Notes under the pieces: generated by a model | Seen by the model: only the letters and a program-made list of their open reading frames with translations | The model's database searches: none | What the model was told of the DNA's origin: nothing | Translations under genes and position numbers: made by a program | Shown here: one piece after another, positions 50,330 to 64,000 of the stretch | Layout: every line of letters begins with the position of its first letter | How positions within the stretch are numbered: the first letter of the stretch is position 1 | DNA from: Selaginella moellendorffii | Lineage: Eukaryota > Plantae > Lycopodiophyta | Assembly: GCF_000143415.4 (NCBI RefSeq) | Contig: NW_003314267.1 | Location: forward strand, 2,335,839 to 2,399,838 | Reading direction: 5' to 3' | Length of the DNA stretch: 64,000 nucleotides

Positions 50330-51808
50330 TCAACTGACCACAGTGGCAGTGTCCTCTTCAGTGTCGCCGTCAACATCAGTGGCAGTGTCCTCTTCAGTGT
50401 CGGCATCAGCATCCACCCATACCCCACAAGCAGCCTTGATATTTCTCACTTCTCGCCAGAAAAACCGTGGGACTTGTGAGCTCGTAGGGACCTTAACATC
50501 AGAAAAGCCAACAATGGCCAGCTGCAATGGCTCATTGCTCTTGACCAGTAGTGAATTTGAGTCGAATCTACCGAGTAGCAGCCCCCTCTTATGGATCTTC
50601 TTCAGTATAGGGACTGCTGCTTTCGCGTAAACGTCAGCAGGATGCCCCCGTACTAGCTTGTTTCCCTCGTAGCTAAGAACCAACACCGCAAACATCTTTC
50701 CACACATAAAGCCGTACTCCATGAGCTTGGGAATGCCACGACCTTGGAGAGTCTTGAGCTTCTTGTAAGCCCAGATTTCCTTAACAAAGGCATGGAGCTG
50801 ATCCAAGAAACTTCTGTATCCCATATCTCTGATCTTGAGCACAACATTCTCCCCACTGGTACGAACTTGAGCATGGATGACATCGCAGCAAGCCTTTGAC
50901 AGCTTTGTCCCCAAGACAAAGTCAGTCACCTTCCAGAATTTGACCTTCTTGTGAATCCCACCAGAGAAAAACTTCTTCCCTACTGTCAATGCCCGGAAGG
51001 AGTGAGAGTTGTCATCGCCGAAGCTGGACGCCTCCTGTTGAACCATGCACACCACAGCAGCCTTCATAGATGCCGAGTCCAGTATCCGATGCACAGTCTC
51101 GCCTTCAGTGATAATCTGCGGGCGCTGCTGCCCAACCGAGAGCGCCATAAGATACCAAAAGCAGCCTAGCTTTGCTTCCACTCGTTTGAGTGGACGTGAG
51201 ATGGCCAGCTTCCCTGAACCATCGCTGAAACAGAACCAATACAAGTCCCGCGTCGTGAAGAAGCCGTAGTTGAGCCCGGCAAGCGCTAGGAGCTCCCGCA
51301 GGCGGTTCAGCACAGCCCAAAAACAGCTTGTGGGAGACGATTGTAAGGCCCCGGCAATCTCCTTTGGTGTCAGCTCGGGCAGGAAAGAAGGATGGTCCAC
51401 GAGACCGAGCAAGAGGCCGGTCTTGTGACCAGTCCGCTCAAAGAACACGTTTGGATGGCCAAGCGCGCTTGTAGCCGTGTCGCTTACGTTAAAACCCAAG
51501 CTTTGGATGCTCTCCATCACGTCTGCGGCCATGCTGCATGACTCAGGCTGCCTCTCTTCCCAGTAAAAGGCGCCGGTGTTTGGGAGGCGAGCCATAAAGC
51601 GCGCAACCTCGGCCTCAAAGCTGTCCCAAGAGGCCAGCGACCATGGGCTTCCATCGCCACCAAAATCCTGGTTAATGGGGTCGTCACCTGAAAAGGGGAC
51701 CGGCGCAGGGATGACCATCTTGGAGACCTCGGCCGCAGTCAGCGTATCATCGTAAGTGACTGCTGTTTCGGAATGCAACGAAAGAGCTGCTGACACTGCG
51801 GCATCCAT
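50330..51808 (-). CDS. Intronless fungal/Crinkler-type kinase-like protein with degenerate catalytic motifs
   Basis: 492-aa ORF. VVLKI...KEIWAYKKLKTLQGRGIPKLMEYG and ILKKIHKRG match the E..AY..L..LQG..IP kinase type. An upstream LNYGFFTTRDLYWF motif and an acidic repeated tail (DTEEDTAT twice) are present. Confidence 0.6.
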   Translation of the reverse strand: MDAAVSAALSLHSETAVTYDDTLTAAEVSKMVIPAPVPFSGDDPINQDFGGDGSPWSLASWDSFEAEVARFMARLPNTGAFYWEERQPESCSMAADVMESIQSLGFNVSDTATSALGHPNVFFERTGHKTGLLLGLVDHPSFLPELTPKEIAGALQSSPTSCFWAVLNRLRELLALAGLNYGFFTTRDLYWFCFSDGSGKLAISRPLKRVEAKLGCFWYLMALSVGQQRPQIITEGETVHRILDSASMKAAVVCMVQQEASSFGDDNSHSFRALTVGKKFFSGGIHKKVKFWKVTDFVLGTKLSKACCDVIHAQVRTSGENVVLKIRDMGYRSFLDQLHAFVKEIWAYKKLKTLQGRGIPKLMEYGFMCGKMFAVLVLSYEGNKLVRGHPADVYAKAAVPILKKIHKRGLLLGRFDSNSLLVKSNEPLQLAIVGFSDVKVPTSSQVPRFFWREVRNIKAACGVWVDADADTEEDTATDVDGDTEEDTATVVS

Positions 51809-52912
51809 TGGTGACTGCCCTAGCAGTAGAGAACCCTAGCTGAAAGAGCTTTGCTGGCCGACGATTCGGGAGAGAGGGATCGTGCTTCAACAAAGTAAGT
51901 TTTGTATCTGCTTTTTTTTGGTTTGGATATACTTAAATATGTTTCAATATTTTAAGATATTTTACTATCTAACGGTTGTTATTTATTAGATTAATCTTGT
52001 TATAATTTATAAACATGTTTATAATTTATAAATTTTCTTGAACCTTTTCTAGTATATTCTTTTTTATTCTATCATCTAATGGTTGATATGCAATAAAATT
52101 AATCTTGTGTTTATAAATTACAAACATGCTTATAATTATAAACTTAGAGAATGTGTAGTCAATTTGGCTACTTGATGTTATTTGTGCTAGCTGATTGCAT
52201 GAAAGATTAGGGCTGTTTGATCAATTGGATTAAGAAGTATAATAACACTATTATTAAGTAAATCAGATGTTGTTACGTGTAGCAATTTATTTTCTATTTA
52301 TTTTATTTATATCTTGGCTTACTGTTAGAGGATTTGTTATAAAATATTTATAAAAAATATGTAAATACTTCTTCTAATTACCTATTTATATGTTTTCATT
52401 GTTATCCTTTAAAGTGTTATGCGTAATATCTAATATATAGTTAAATAATAAATAATAATAATAATTTATAAATAAATTACTAACATATCTTGCTGTGTTG
52501 CATTTGATGGCAATTGTTCAAGTCTTGATAACACACCAGAAGGATCTTTGAGATCTTAGTGTTGATCCAAGTTTCTTTCAAATCAAAGTCAGACCATGGA
52601 TTCCCATAAGAAAATTAATAACCTTATTTTTTCTAGAGGAACCATTAAAAATGTTGTGTAGACGACCAACGTCAGAATGACAAAGGTCTTTCCATCCTAC
52701 TGTGTGGATTGCTGGTGATACTGAGAAGAGCAGTGCCAAGATAGAACACCTGCAAAGCAACTTGCAAGATCTGAGCGGCTAGATATGTAAGCTTGTAGCT
52801 TTGCTGGAATGAAGGATTTGTTGCAAAGATCTGCATTGATGTCAAACCAAAGGTGAACCACTACTACTAGAACCGAAAGAGCTGGAACTTACATAGAAAA
52901 ACCATACTCCAT

Positions 52913-55900
52913 TTAGTGGAGATAACCATATAGCTCCAAGTAACATATGGACAAGTTCCAAGGTGCTGCCACGGCTGCAATAGGCTGCTGCAACAGCACT
53001 CTAAAGAACCTGAACGGGATCAAAGATTTCGAGCCGTGAACCGGCCATGACGCGTACTGTGCCGGCCGATAGATACTGTGATCCTTCTCGTGCTTTCTCA
53101 AGTCGGTCCACGTCTCGCCATCACCCGATCCCTGTCAAGATAACCATAGCAGAAACCTTGCCGATTTTTCTCTAAACCAATGAAGCTCACCTGGAATGTC
53201 CAGTTGCGAGCAAAGTTCGTGGACCCGTCCTGTCGCACGGAGTAGTAATTGCACATCAACTGCGACATCGTGGAACTCAGGGAGTGGGAAACAAACTAGA
53301 AACCCGTCACTGATTATTCGAACCTTGTGATCCGGTCCCAAGTCCACTCTCCACCAGGAGACTGTCTCTCCGCGTTCAATGCATGGTCCAGCGAAGGACG
53401 TAGCCTGGAGCCAAAAATCTGGTCTTATAATTGACAACATACTATCAATATTATACCTGGTAATTGCGAGAGGCAAGCACCTTCGGATCAGTATATCTGG
53501 AAGGGGGACTGCTTGCGGATAATGTAATTTGCTGCAAAAAATGTGATACCATGGTACAAGTTTGATGATGTAACTTCTTGTACCTTCGTGACCATAGGAT
53601 TCATCCATTCATGTGCTCCATATGATGTCCCGGCGTAATAAAGAACACCGTTACCGTCTCCGTCGCAAAGGTAGTTGAGTTCTTTATAAGACGAAAACCT
53701 TCTAGTGAACCATAACCCGTTCTTTGGCAGGCTTATGAACCGTCCTTGATTTGAGCTGCGAATCAAATCCCTGGAACACTCGCACGGCTAAGCACTGGAG
53801 AACCGAAGCACGGAAAACTCTTTACTTACTTTTCATCGTCTGAAACAAAGGACTCTTGTTTAAGATAATGGCATGCTTCTCCCACCTAAACAAAGGTCTC
53901 ACAAATCATAAATAAAACGAGAGACCAAACTAACCATCTGTCGGAGAAGTGGTAGCTTTTCGCAGAGAGAGGAGGAATCTAGCTGCAAAACGCGAGAAGA
54001 CAGTCCGAAAACGTGAGACGGTTCTTTCCGATGAACAGCTTACCTGCTGAAGCAACTCCATGGACATGAGAGGAAACCGAACCAATGGAAGTAATACTTT
54101 CAAGTCCTCTTCACGGTCGGGGCATATAACTTGAAGACCGACTTTGTACTTTGTATCAGCATCTTCCCAGCACTGAACCCCTTCCATCTTTGATCCCCAC
54201 ATAAACACTGCGTCGAGAACTTTCTCTTCTGACGTGACGAGGAGATCCGGGAGCTGTAGAAAGTAGGATTACAACAAGCACATACCCATGCAGAGATGAA
54301 GTGCTTCAGCCACACCACGTCTTCAGCAAAGACTTTCACACACAGGCTCACTCCGACTGACAGAAAAATGATTCTTGTCTACCATGTAGTCAGCAATTCA
54401 CCTGCAGGATCCTCATAACACTCTGCCCGTCCAGTTCCGTGAACTCGGTCGCGGAAGACGCTACACAATAGTCAAAATGTTTGGCACAGCTTTCTTCGCA
54501 CGCCTGTCTCAGGGTCTCGCAGCGTGCCATGGAAGATGCTACTTGAAGAATAGCGCATGAAGAATCCTGCAAAATGCATATAAAGCTACATTGCTACACT
54601 TCAGAAACTTACCTCGTTAACGCAGGCAAGGAGATGATCTAAGCATTCCTGATGTAGAACACGAACTCCATATCTATCAGCCATAATAAGAAGAGGAAGC
54701 AAGAGAGAGCCCACATTGTCCTTCCCTTCCAGATCAAGGCGGCCAGTGTACATGAACCGAATCATAGTCATGAAGGCGTCAAGGTGAACGTCCTTGATGG
54801 TTACTCGTGTTCTGCTGCTCTCTTTCATACCAATAGTAAACATCTGCCATAAAGATTACTGTGAGAGAATCATATAAGCAGCAAAAAGTACCTTCGCAAA
54901 TGGAGCACTCCATACACTCAAGACGAGTCGATGCAGCTGCAAGCATAGATCGTAATCTTCGAGATAAACTTCAAGGTCGCTCAAATCCCCAGTCAACAGC
55001 ATGCGGGTGAAAGCGGCTGGATTCACATGCACCGGAGAATTTGTATCGTAGCAGTGCATTGTTAAAAGCACCAAATCTCCTGAAGAATCGTAAGAAACTT
55101 CCCTTATATGCTGTTTGCATTGTGCGGCTAAATTCTGGAAGCCAATCAGTTCAGCGAGTCCACGCAGCTGAACCAAGTGCTCCTTGCCAATCTGCCAGAA
55201 AACCTCTGGTTACATCTCTATACAATACAGCTTTTGTTTCTTACCTCCGCCTTGCCAGTGTAGACGTAACGAAGAGCAGCATGCAGCACCAAATAATCAA
55301 CGCCGTGTAACACCAGCTCCGTCGTCGTCAGAAACGGACACTCCTTGGAGCTGGATCCAGTGACTAGAACCGCCCGATGAGCACAAACTCTTCTATTCTC
55401 CGGGAAGAGCACGAACTCAAAGTCGGACAAGTCCCCGCTCTCCAGAAAGTTGGCCAGCCCAGTGCTCCACTGAGAATCGATCGCCGAGGTTGTCCTGTAG
55501 AGGCATGGCGGAAGAGCAGCGACACTGATGTTCCTGTATCCGACGTGCTTGTCCCAGCTGCTAAGTCCCACGAACTGGACCTTACAGTTCGGCTCTGGAT
55601 CAACCCACTGGTAGACCACATTCTGCCCGAGCTCTCCTTTTCCCACCACGATCGATCCCTCGTCCACACTGATCCAGTAGCGCTCGAAAACCAGAGGACT
55701 CACCACCGGACCAGCCACATCCACCACAGTTCTTCCATTGGCGGCGATCTTGAGCCTCTTGTTTAAGTTGCTCCCGATAATCACCGTGTAGTTTGGATCG
55801 CTATCGGTCCTGTAGTGTTTACACCCGGCGAGCTCCTTGAAGATCACTGTGACATCGTTCTCGGCCCTGGCCTCGAATGCTACGCAGCCCCTGCCAGCCT

Positions 55901-55985
55901 CTGGGAAGCGGAGCTCCTCCTCAAACAGCCACGCGCAGTCGAACGGAGGCACGACCAGGACATTGTTCTCGACGAGCTTCATCAT
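52913..55985 (-). CDS. BTB/POZ protein At2g30600-like (FAMeT-like N-terminal domain, two BTB, BACK, F5/8 type C domain), multi-exon
   Basis: VPPFDCAW..LRFPEAGRGCVAFEA, VQFVGLSSWDKHVGYRN, two BTB starts (SDFEF...AHRAVL; SDLEV...LHRLVLSVWSAPFAKMFT.GMKES), LLPLVRFPLM, DGDGNGVLYYAGTSYG, YASWPVHG...PFRFFRV...YLELYGY. Confidence 0.9.
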
Positions 55986-56250
55986 TCGCGGCGGCGGCGA
56001 TCACAGCGATCACAGCGGCGCCTGGAAATGCGAGGATTTCGACCGATCTGCGCGAATCGAGAGAGATTTCATACCTCATGAGAGAGACCGCTCGCTAAAA
56101 GCTCCCAGGCAAGGATCTATTCAAAACCTAGCCAAACGTGAGGTTTAGAGCAACGTGAAGGTACACACGTGTACGATTTCTTGAAAACCCACGCTTATCT
56201 CAAAGCATCTTTGGATATGCTTGAGCAAAGAAGAATAAACAAAAAAAGTT

Positions 56251-56323
56251 TGCGGTGAGCGTGGATCGAACACGCGACCTTTAGATCTTCAGTCTAACGC
56301 TCTCCCGACTGAGCTATCCCCGC
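56251..56323 (-). tRNA. trnF-GAA: tRNA-Phe (GAA)
   Basis: GCGGGGATAGCTCAGTCGGGAGAGCGTTAGACTGAAGATCTAAAGGTCGCGTGTTCGATCCACGCTCACCGCA, 73 nt, canonical plant cytosolic cloverleaf; T7 Pol III terminator at 56241-56247. Confidence 0.97.
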
Positions 56324-56575
56324 TTTGTTTCAGATTATCTTTAACATTCTAATAACAATGCAGCTCCATTAATAAATTAATAATAACAATAATAAAAAAT
56401 ATATAAATAATAATATTCTTTTCTAAGTTATAAACTTTGTAGCTTAATATTAATTCCGATTTGCAGGATTCTTGAGCTTATTGGGCATGAAAATTTTTGT
56501 CATACAAGTTTAGACAAGTTACATATAGATTGTGATGATTGTCTGTAGCGAATTATTATTTTTTTTTGATGCCCA

Positions 56576-57881
<1,306 letters not shown>

Positions 57882-57994
57882 TGCTCCAGGCAATCGAGCT
57901 CCAAAACTGCCCTAGACTCTCTCCCTATAGTTCTATTTCAATTATAAAGGATTAGCCCAAAAGCCCTAAAACCCTGTTTCTATAGGGCTCGCCC
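57882..57994. promoter_or_regulatory. 113-bp bidirectional promoter with site II and telo-box-like motifs
   Basis: Divergent ATGs at 57881 and 57995. AGCCCA (site II, reverse) followed by AAGCCCTAAAACCCTG near 57954-57976; TATA-like TTATAAA near 57942. Confidence 0.65.
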
Positions 57995-60174
<2,180 letters not shown>

Positions 60175-61035
60175 ATTGCTCTACACTTCTCGGGTAAATG
60201 TAGAGCAATCCTTTCCACCTCGGTGGTTTTCTTTTTTTCTTTTTTGCTTTTACGAAGAGATTTTTGCGATAAATGCTTCCATGTCTGGAAACAGCTGCTT
60301 TGTTTGTCGACGAGACAAGAGACACCGCATGACGTTTTGTTTTTGTCAGAGCTTGCACAAGCGAACGAGCGCTTTTTATTGACAATCCTGGATCGGATCG
60401 GTATGTTCTACTTGTATCGCTCCTTGTGGATCTCTCTCACCTGATTACTGACTTGCAGATTGTCGTGTGGATCGATCAAAAGTTCCTTGTAAGATAAAAC
60501 TCAAGTTTTTTTCTTTTCACTCGTGAGTTCCTCGATTAAGGAGGATGCCATGGATGAGAAATTGAGGTAAAACCAAAACTAGACAGCTGGTTTGTCATGG
60601 TAAGCTGACGACGATCCTGCAGGGCAATAAACATCTCGCGTTCGCAGTGGCCTTTGTTTTCATTCCCGACTGGTTCGTTTCCAGAGTTTGTCCGTGTGTC
60701 TGGTATAAGAACTCTCTTCATCTACACACACGGTACGTAAGCTTTCTAACTCCACTTGTCTTTCATTCCTCGCGCAGGGATCTTTGGAAAGCTCCCGCAG
60801 CGGTGATCGATGGTGTCAAACGTGTTTGCAATCGCCCAAAAAAGTGAGCTTTGTCGATGCCCACCTAGTGATCTTTCGTTGTCACTGGCGACACCATAGT
60901 TTAATCCAGGCAAATAACGTATCGACGCAAACACACACTGGCGTCAATCGACACGATCGCGCGAAAATGATCCAAAGCTCTTGGTATGCTTGTCACGAGG
61001 GATATGCGGTGGGATATTCGTCCCCTCAGATTCGC

Positions 61036-61095
61036 CGCACGCGGCGGCATCTGAGGCAAACACGTGGCGCGCACGCGGTGGCTGACGTGGCGGTG
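61036..61095 (+). promoter_or_regulatory. ABRE/G-box plus CE3-like cluster upstream of NF-YA
   Basis: ACACGTGGC (61060-61068), CACGCGGTGGC (61072-61082), TGACGTGGC (61083-61091), and another CACGCGG near 61038. Confidence 0.5.
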
Positions 61096-61706
61096 CCCAC
61101 GCTCCCTTGCAGGTCCACCGGCTGGAACCGGTTGGCGGGACAAAACCCTGGGGTGAAAAACCAAACTTCTTACCCGCTGGGTAACAAATTCCACCCCAAT
61201 GTTGACGCCATAGCCGGGTCTGCGAGGAAGCGATTTCCAAAATTTGGCAAGTGTGGGGGCGATCTCTTGGCATATTTGGAAGCTCGCGAGGAGCATTGGC
61301 GAGGGCTAGATCGTCGCGGCGGGGGCGAAGAAATCGCGAGCGCCAGCGATTTGGCGGGGGCGCTGCTACTATGGAGGAGGATTCTTTTCGTTTCCAGGGC
61401 TGGGGGATGGCGACGGCGATGGCGATCACAAGGCGCGATTTCTTCGTCAAGCTCAAGCAGCGGCAGCATTCGAGGTTGAAGTAGGGGAGCTCACAATCTT
61501 TGGCTCTTTGTTCTTCTTCTTGGATCTTTTTTCTATCTCCCAATCTCTCCCTCTCTTTCTCTATCTCTCTCCCTCTCCCTCTCCCTCTCTCACTGCCTAG
61601 TTCGCTCGTCGCCTGTCGACGCTCAAGCACAGCGGTGAGTCGGGTTCTTTGATTCTCATTCTTGCGGATTTGGTGCTCATTCCTCTCGAAATTTCGCTCT
61701 CCAGAG

Positions 61707-63127
61707 ATGCAATCAGGGGATTCGGATGGGCAATTAGCAGCAGCTGCTGCCGCCGCCGCCGCCGCCGCCGCCGCTGGTGCTGGTGCTGGATCGTCGTCCG
61801 TGGCTGGAGTTCCATGGTGGGGTGGAGTCTGCCATCTCCCACAGCAGCCTTCTGCAGCTCCCGATAAGCAAGTGGTAGCGTCTGCCGCGCACAATTCCAC
61901 CACAGGTGTGTGCCGAATTCTTCCTTCCGGTGTGGAATTCTCTCTTCTTCTTTTCCTTCTTTCTTTTGCTCGTTCTTGCTTGCGTTAATCTTTTTGTCCT
62001 AACCATGGTTTCATGTTTGAAGCTTTCTAGTTTTAGAGTTAAGAGAGCTCGTGTACTGATGCTGAATGCATCGCAAGGTTTTGCAGCAGTTCTTCTTGCA
62101 GTATGTACTTTAGGACTAAAGATCTTTGTTCCTTTTCTTTTGAAGTTGCTCCTCGATTGCTGTTCTAAACTTTGTTTTTTGGGTGTTCCTCCTGGTTTCT
62201 TGCCTTCGTTTCTTATACAGGCTATGATGAGAATGGTGGCGATGAGGCGCAGCACCAGCAGGCACAGCAGAATCCAGCGCTGGCCGGGCTTCCACCGCCT
62301 CCTGGCGAATATGTAAGTTGCTTTACGTCTCCTATATATCTAGTGTTTAAACTTGTAGAACTGGTTTTCATAGGTGCAAGCCGCGTATCCATATTCGGAC
62401 CCCTTCTTTGGTGGTATGATGGCGGCGGCGTATGCAGGCCAGGGCTTAGTAAGCTATAGAACTGTGGATTTGTTGGATTCAAGGTTGAGCTTTTGTGGTT
62501 TGTTTGTTTCGCAGGTCCAACCTCATGTACTTGGGCTCCAGCAAGCTCGCATGCCACTTCCAACGGAAATTCTCGAAGAAGAGCCGGTTTATGTCAATGC
62601 GAAGCAGTACCACGGCATCCTTCGCCGCAGGCAAAGCCGAGCGAAAGCCGAGTCGGAGAACAGACTGATCAAAACTCGCAAGGTTGGCAATCTTAGAAAA
62701 ACTCTTTGTTTCGTTTTTCCTTTTCTTTCTTTTCTGATCAAACTTTGGAAACTTTGAACAGCCTTACCTACACGAATCCCGGCATCTCCACGCCTTACGG
62801 AGAGCTCGAGGCTGTGGGGGCAGATTTCTCAACAAAAAGACCAACAAAGACAGCGAAACCGAGACAACGATGACAAACGTGACATCTAACACTTCCACCG
62901 GCAGCCGCAACCGCAACACCACCAACATCAACGCTCCCAGCAATCGATCTGAGAGCTTATCATCGGTAACCACAGGAAACCTGGAAGCGAGTAACGCCTA
63001 CCATCACGTAATGGCATTCTCGAACGGCCACCATAGCTTGCAACAGGACTCGCAGCTGTTCCACGCTTCGGCATTCCATCCCATCTCCGGCGATGAAGGA
63101 GTCCAAGCAGTGGCAGCAATGCAATGA
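61707..63127 (+). CDS. NF-YA: Nuclear factor Y subunit A (NF-YA/HAP2), multi-exon
   Basis: [17 protein letters not shown]...[28 protein letters not shown]|[22 protein letters not shown]; N-terminal poly-Ala and PWWG; probable 5' UTR intron at about 61636-61704. Confidence 0.93.
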
Positions 63128-63647
63128 GAAGAGATCCATCCAACTTTCGAGAAGTTCGACGAAGACTGTCTCTGAGCTGCGCTAAGAAGAAGGAAAAAAG
63201 AAAGAAAAAGAAGAAATGAGTGTCAAGTTCTAGGAAAACGTAGAGAAGAGAGGAGGAGTTTAGTTTGATCCTTTTGTTGTGGCGTGTATAGATTATTGAC
63301 GCAAGCACAACACGATGGTGATTATTTTATGCTGTGTTTGCGATTCCACTTGGCAGCCAGGAACTTTGTCTAGTTTTTGGTACGGACGCTCTCTTCTACG
63401 GCGCTTCGTCTTCCTAGGTCAGAGTCAAAAATATCCATCTAGTATTTGAAACTATTTTCTTCAAAAAAAATTTCAAAATTCATTTTTTTAAACGAATAAA
63501 TTATTTCTAAACCTTTATGTATGACGTGTAAGAATACGGGATAAAAAAGAAATTCCTTTGCACGTTTTTTTCCAATTCCCAAAACAATGCACCTTTATCT
63601 TACAAATCCGTATTGGAACAAAGTTCCTCTCAAGCTTCCGTCAAGTT

Positions 63648-64000
63648 TCATCTCCCAATCAACGAATGCGGGGCAGACGAAGTCCCGGACGACTGCGAGG
63701 AGATCGAGAACGCAGTCGAGGAGGAGGTGGCGGTCGCGCTGCCAGACGAGGAGGCGGCGGAGGAATCCATCGCCACCTTGGGTGGCGGCGGAAGCAGCAC
63801 CGCCAAATTCCCCTCCAGCATTTGCACCACCTTACTCATCACCGGCCTCGCACTGGCCACGTCCTGTATACACCAAAACGCCGCCTTCACCACCCTCTCC
63901 AGCTGCACGCCGTCAACGTCCGCGCGGTACATCCGCTCGTCCACCGCGCCCTCGAGCCGCCCGGCCTCGAGCTCCCTGTAAAGGTAAGCCGGGTACCGCT
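63648..64000 (-). CDS. Receptor-like Ser/Thr kinase C-terminus (probably G-type lectin SD-2 class), truncated by the window edge
   Basis: VDERM...QLERVVKAAFWCIQDVASARPVMSKVVQMLEG..LLPPPP. Confidence 0.85.
   Translation of the reverse strand, partial: RYPAYLYRELEAGRLEGAVDERMYRADVDGVQLERVVKAAFWCIQDVASARPVMSKVVQMLEGNLAVLLPPPPKVAMDSSAASSSGSATATSSSTAFSISSQSSGTSSAPHSLIGR

Noticed and set aside
51968-52143. AT-rich direct repeat of about 65 bp
   Set aside because: Low-complexity local duplication with no supporting structure.
37667-55985. Biosynthetic gene cluster (aldehyde synthase, FNR reductase, FAMeT-like BTB protein)
   Set aside because: The genes are separated by repeats and pseudogenes, the BTB gene is a conserved type, and no pathway logic is supported by sequence alone.
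60784-61903. Long overlapping ORFs (231 aa plus, 319 aa minus)
   Set aside because: GC-rich promoter and 5' UTR of NF-YA with CT and GCC repeats; no domain-like content.
63128-63500. miR169 target site in the NF-YA 3' UTR
   Set aside because: No sequence resembling GGCAAnTCATCCTTGGCTG was found by eye.

Overview
Compact land-plant nuclear DNA. The very short introns (about 45-70 bp), tiny intergenic gaps and gene content suggest a lycophyte such as Selaginella (inferred, not confirmed). 1-10.9 kb: a nested, decaying Ty3/gypsy chromovirus stack with three LTR copies, ending at a 100-N gap. 13-40 kb: gene-dense, with a SAGA SCS1/2 (ADA3-like) gene, a QWRF/AUG8 gene, BRAHMA, an At5g02830-like PPR gene head-to-head with pBRP1, an orphan gene with duplicated exons, and an aromatic amino acid decarboxylase carrying the aldehyde-synthase Phe. 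41-52 kb: an accessory interval with a PLS-PPR pseudogene, a Cassandra-type TRIM whose LTRs carry 5S rRNA sequence, an intronless ferric-reductase/FNR-like gene with microbial-type motifs, and an intronless fungal/Crinkler-type pseudokinase. 53-64 kb: a BTB/POZ gene, tRNA-Phe(GAA), the complex I 24 kDa subunit head-to-head with plastid glutathione reductase, NF-YA, and the 3' end of a receptor-like kinase. Most notable: the Cassandra element shares its LTR 3' end (GGCTTACA) and iMet primer type with the local chromovirus, which itself carries tandem tRNA B-box hairpins. Gene coordinates span start to stop including introns and were read by eye.
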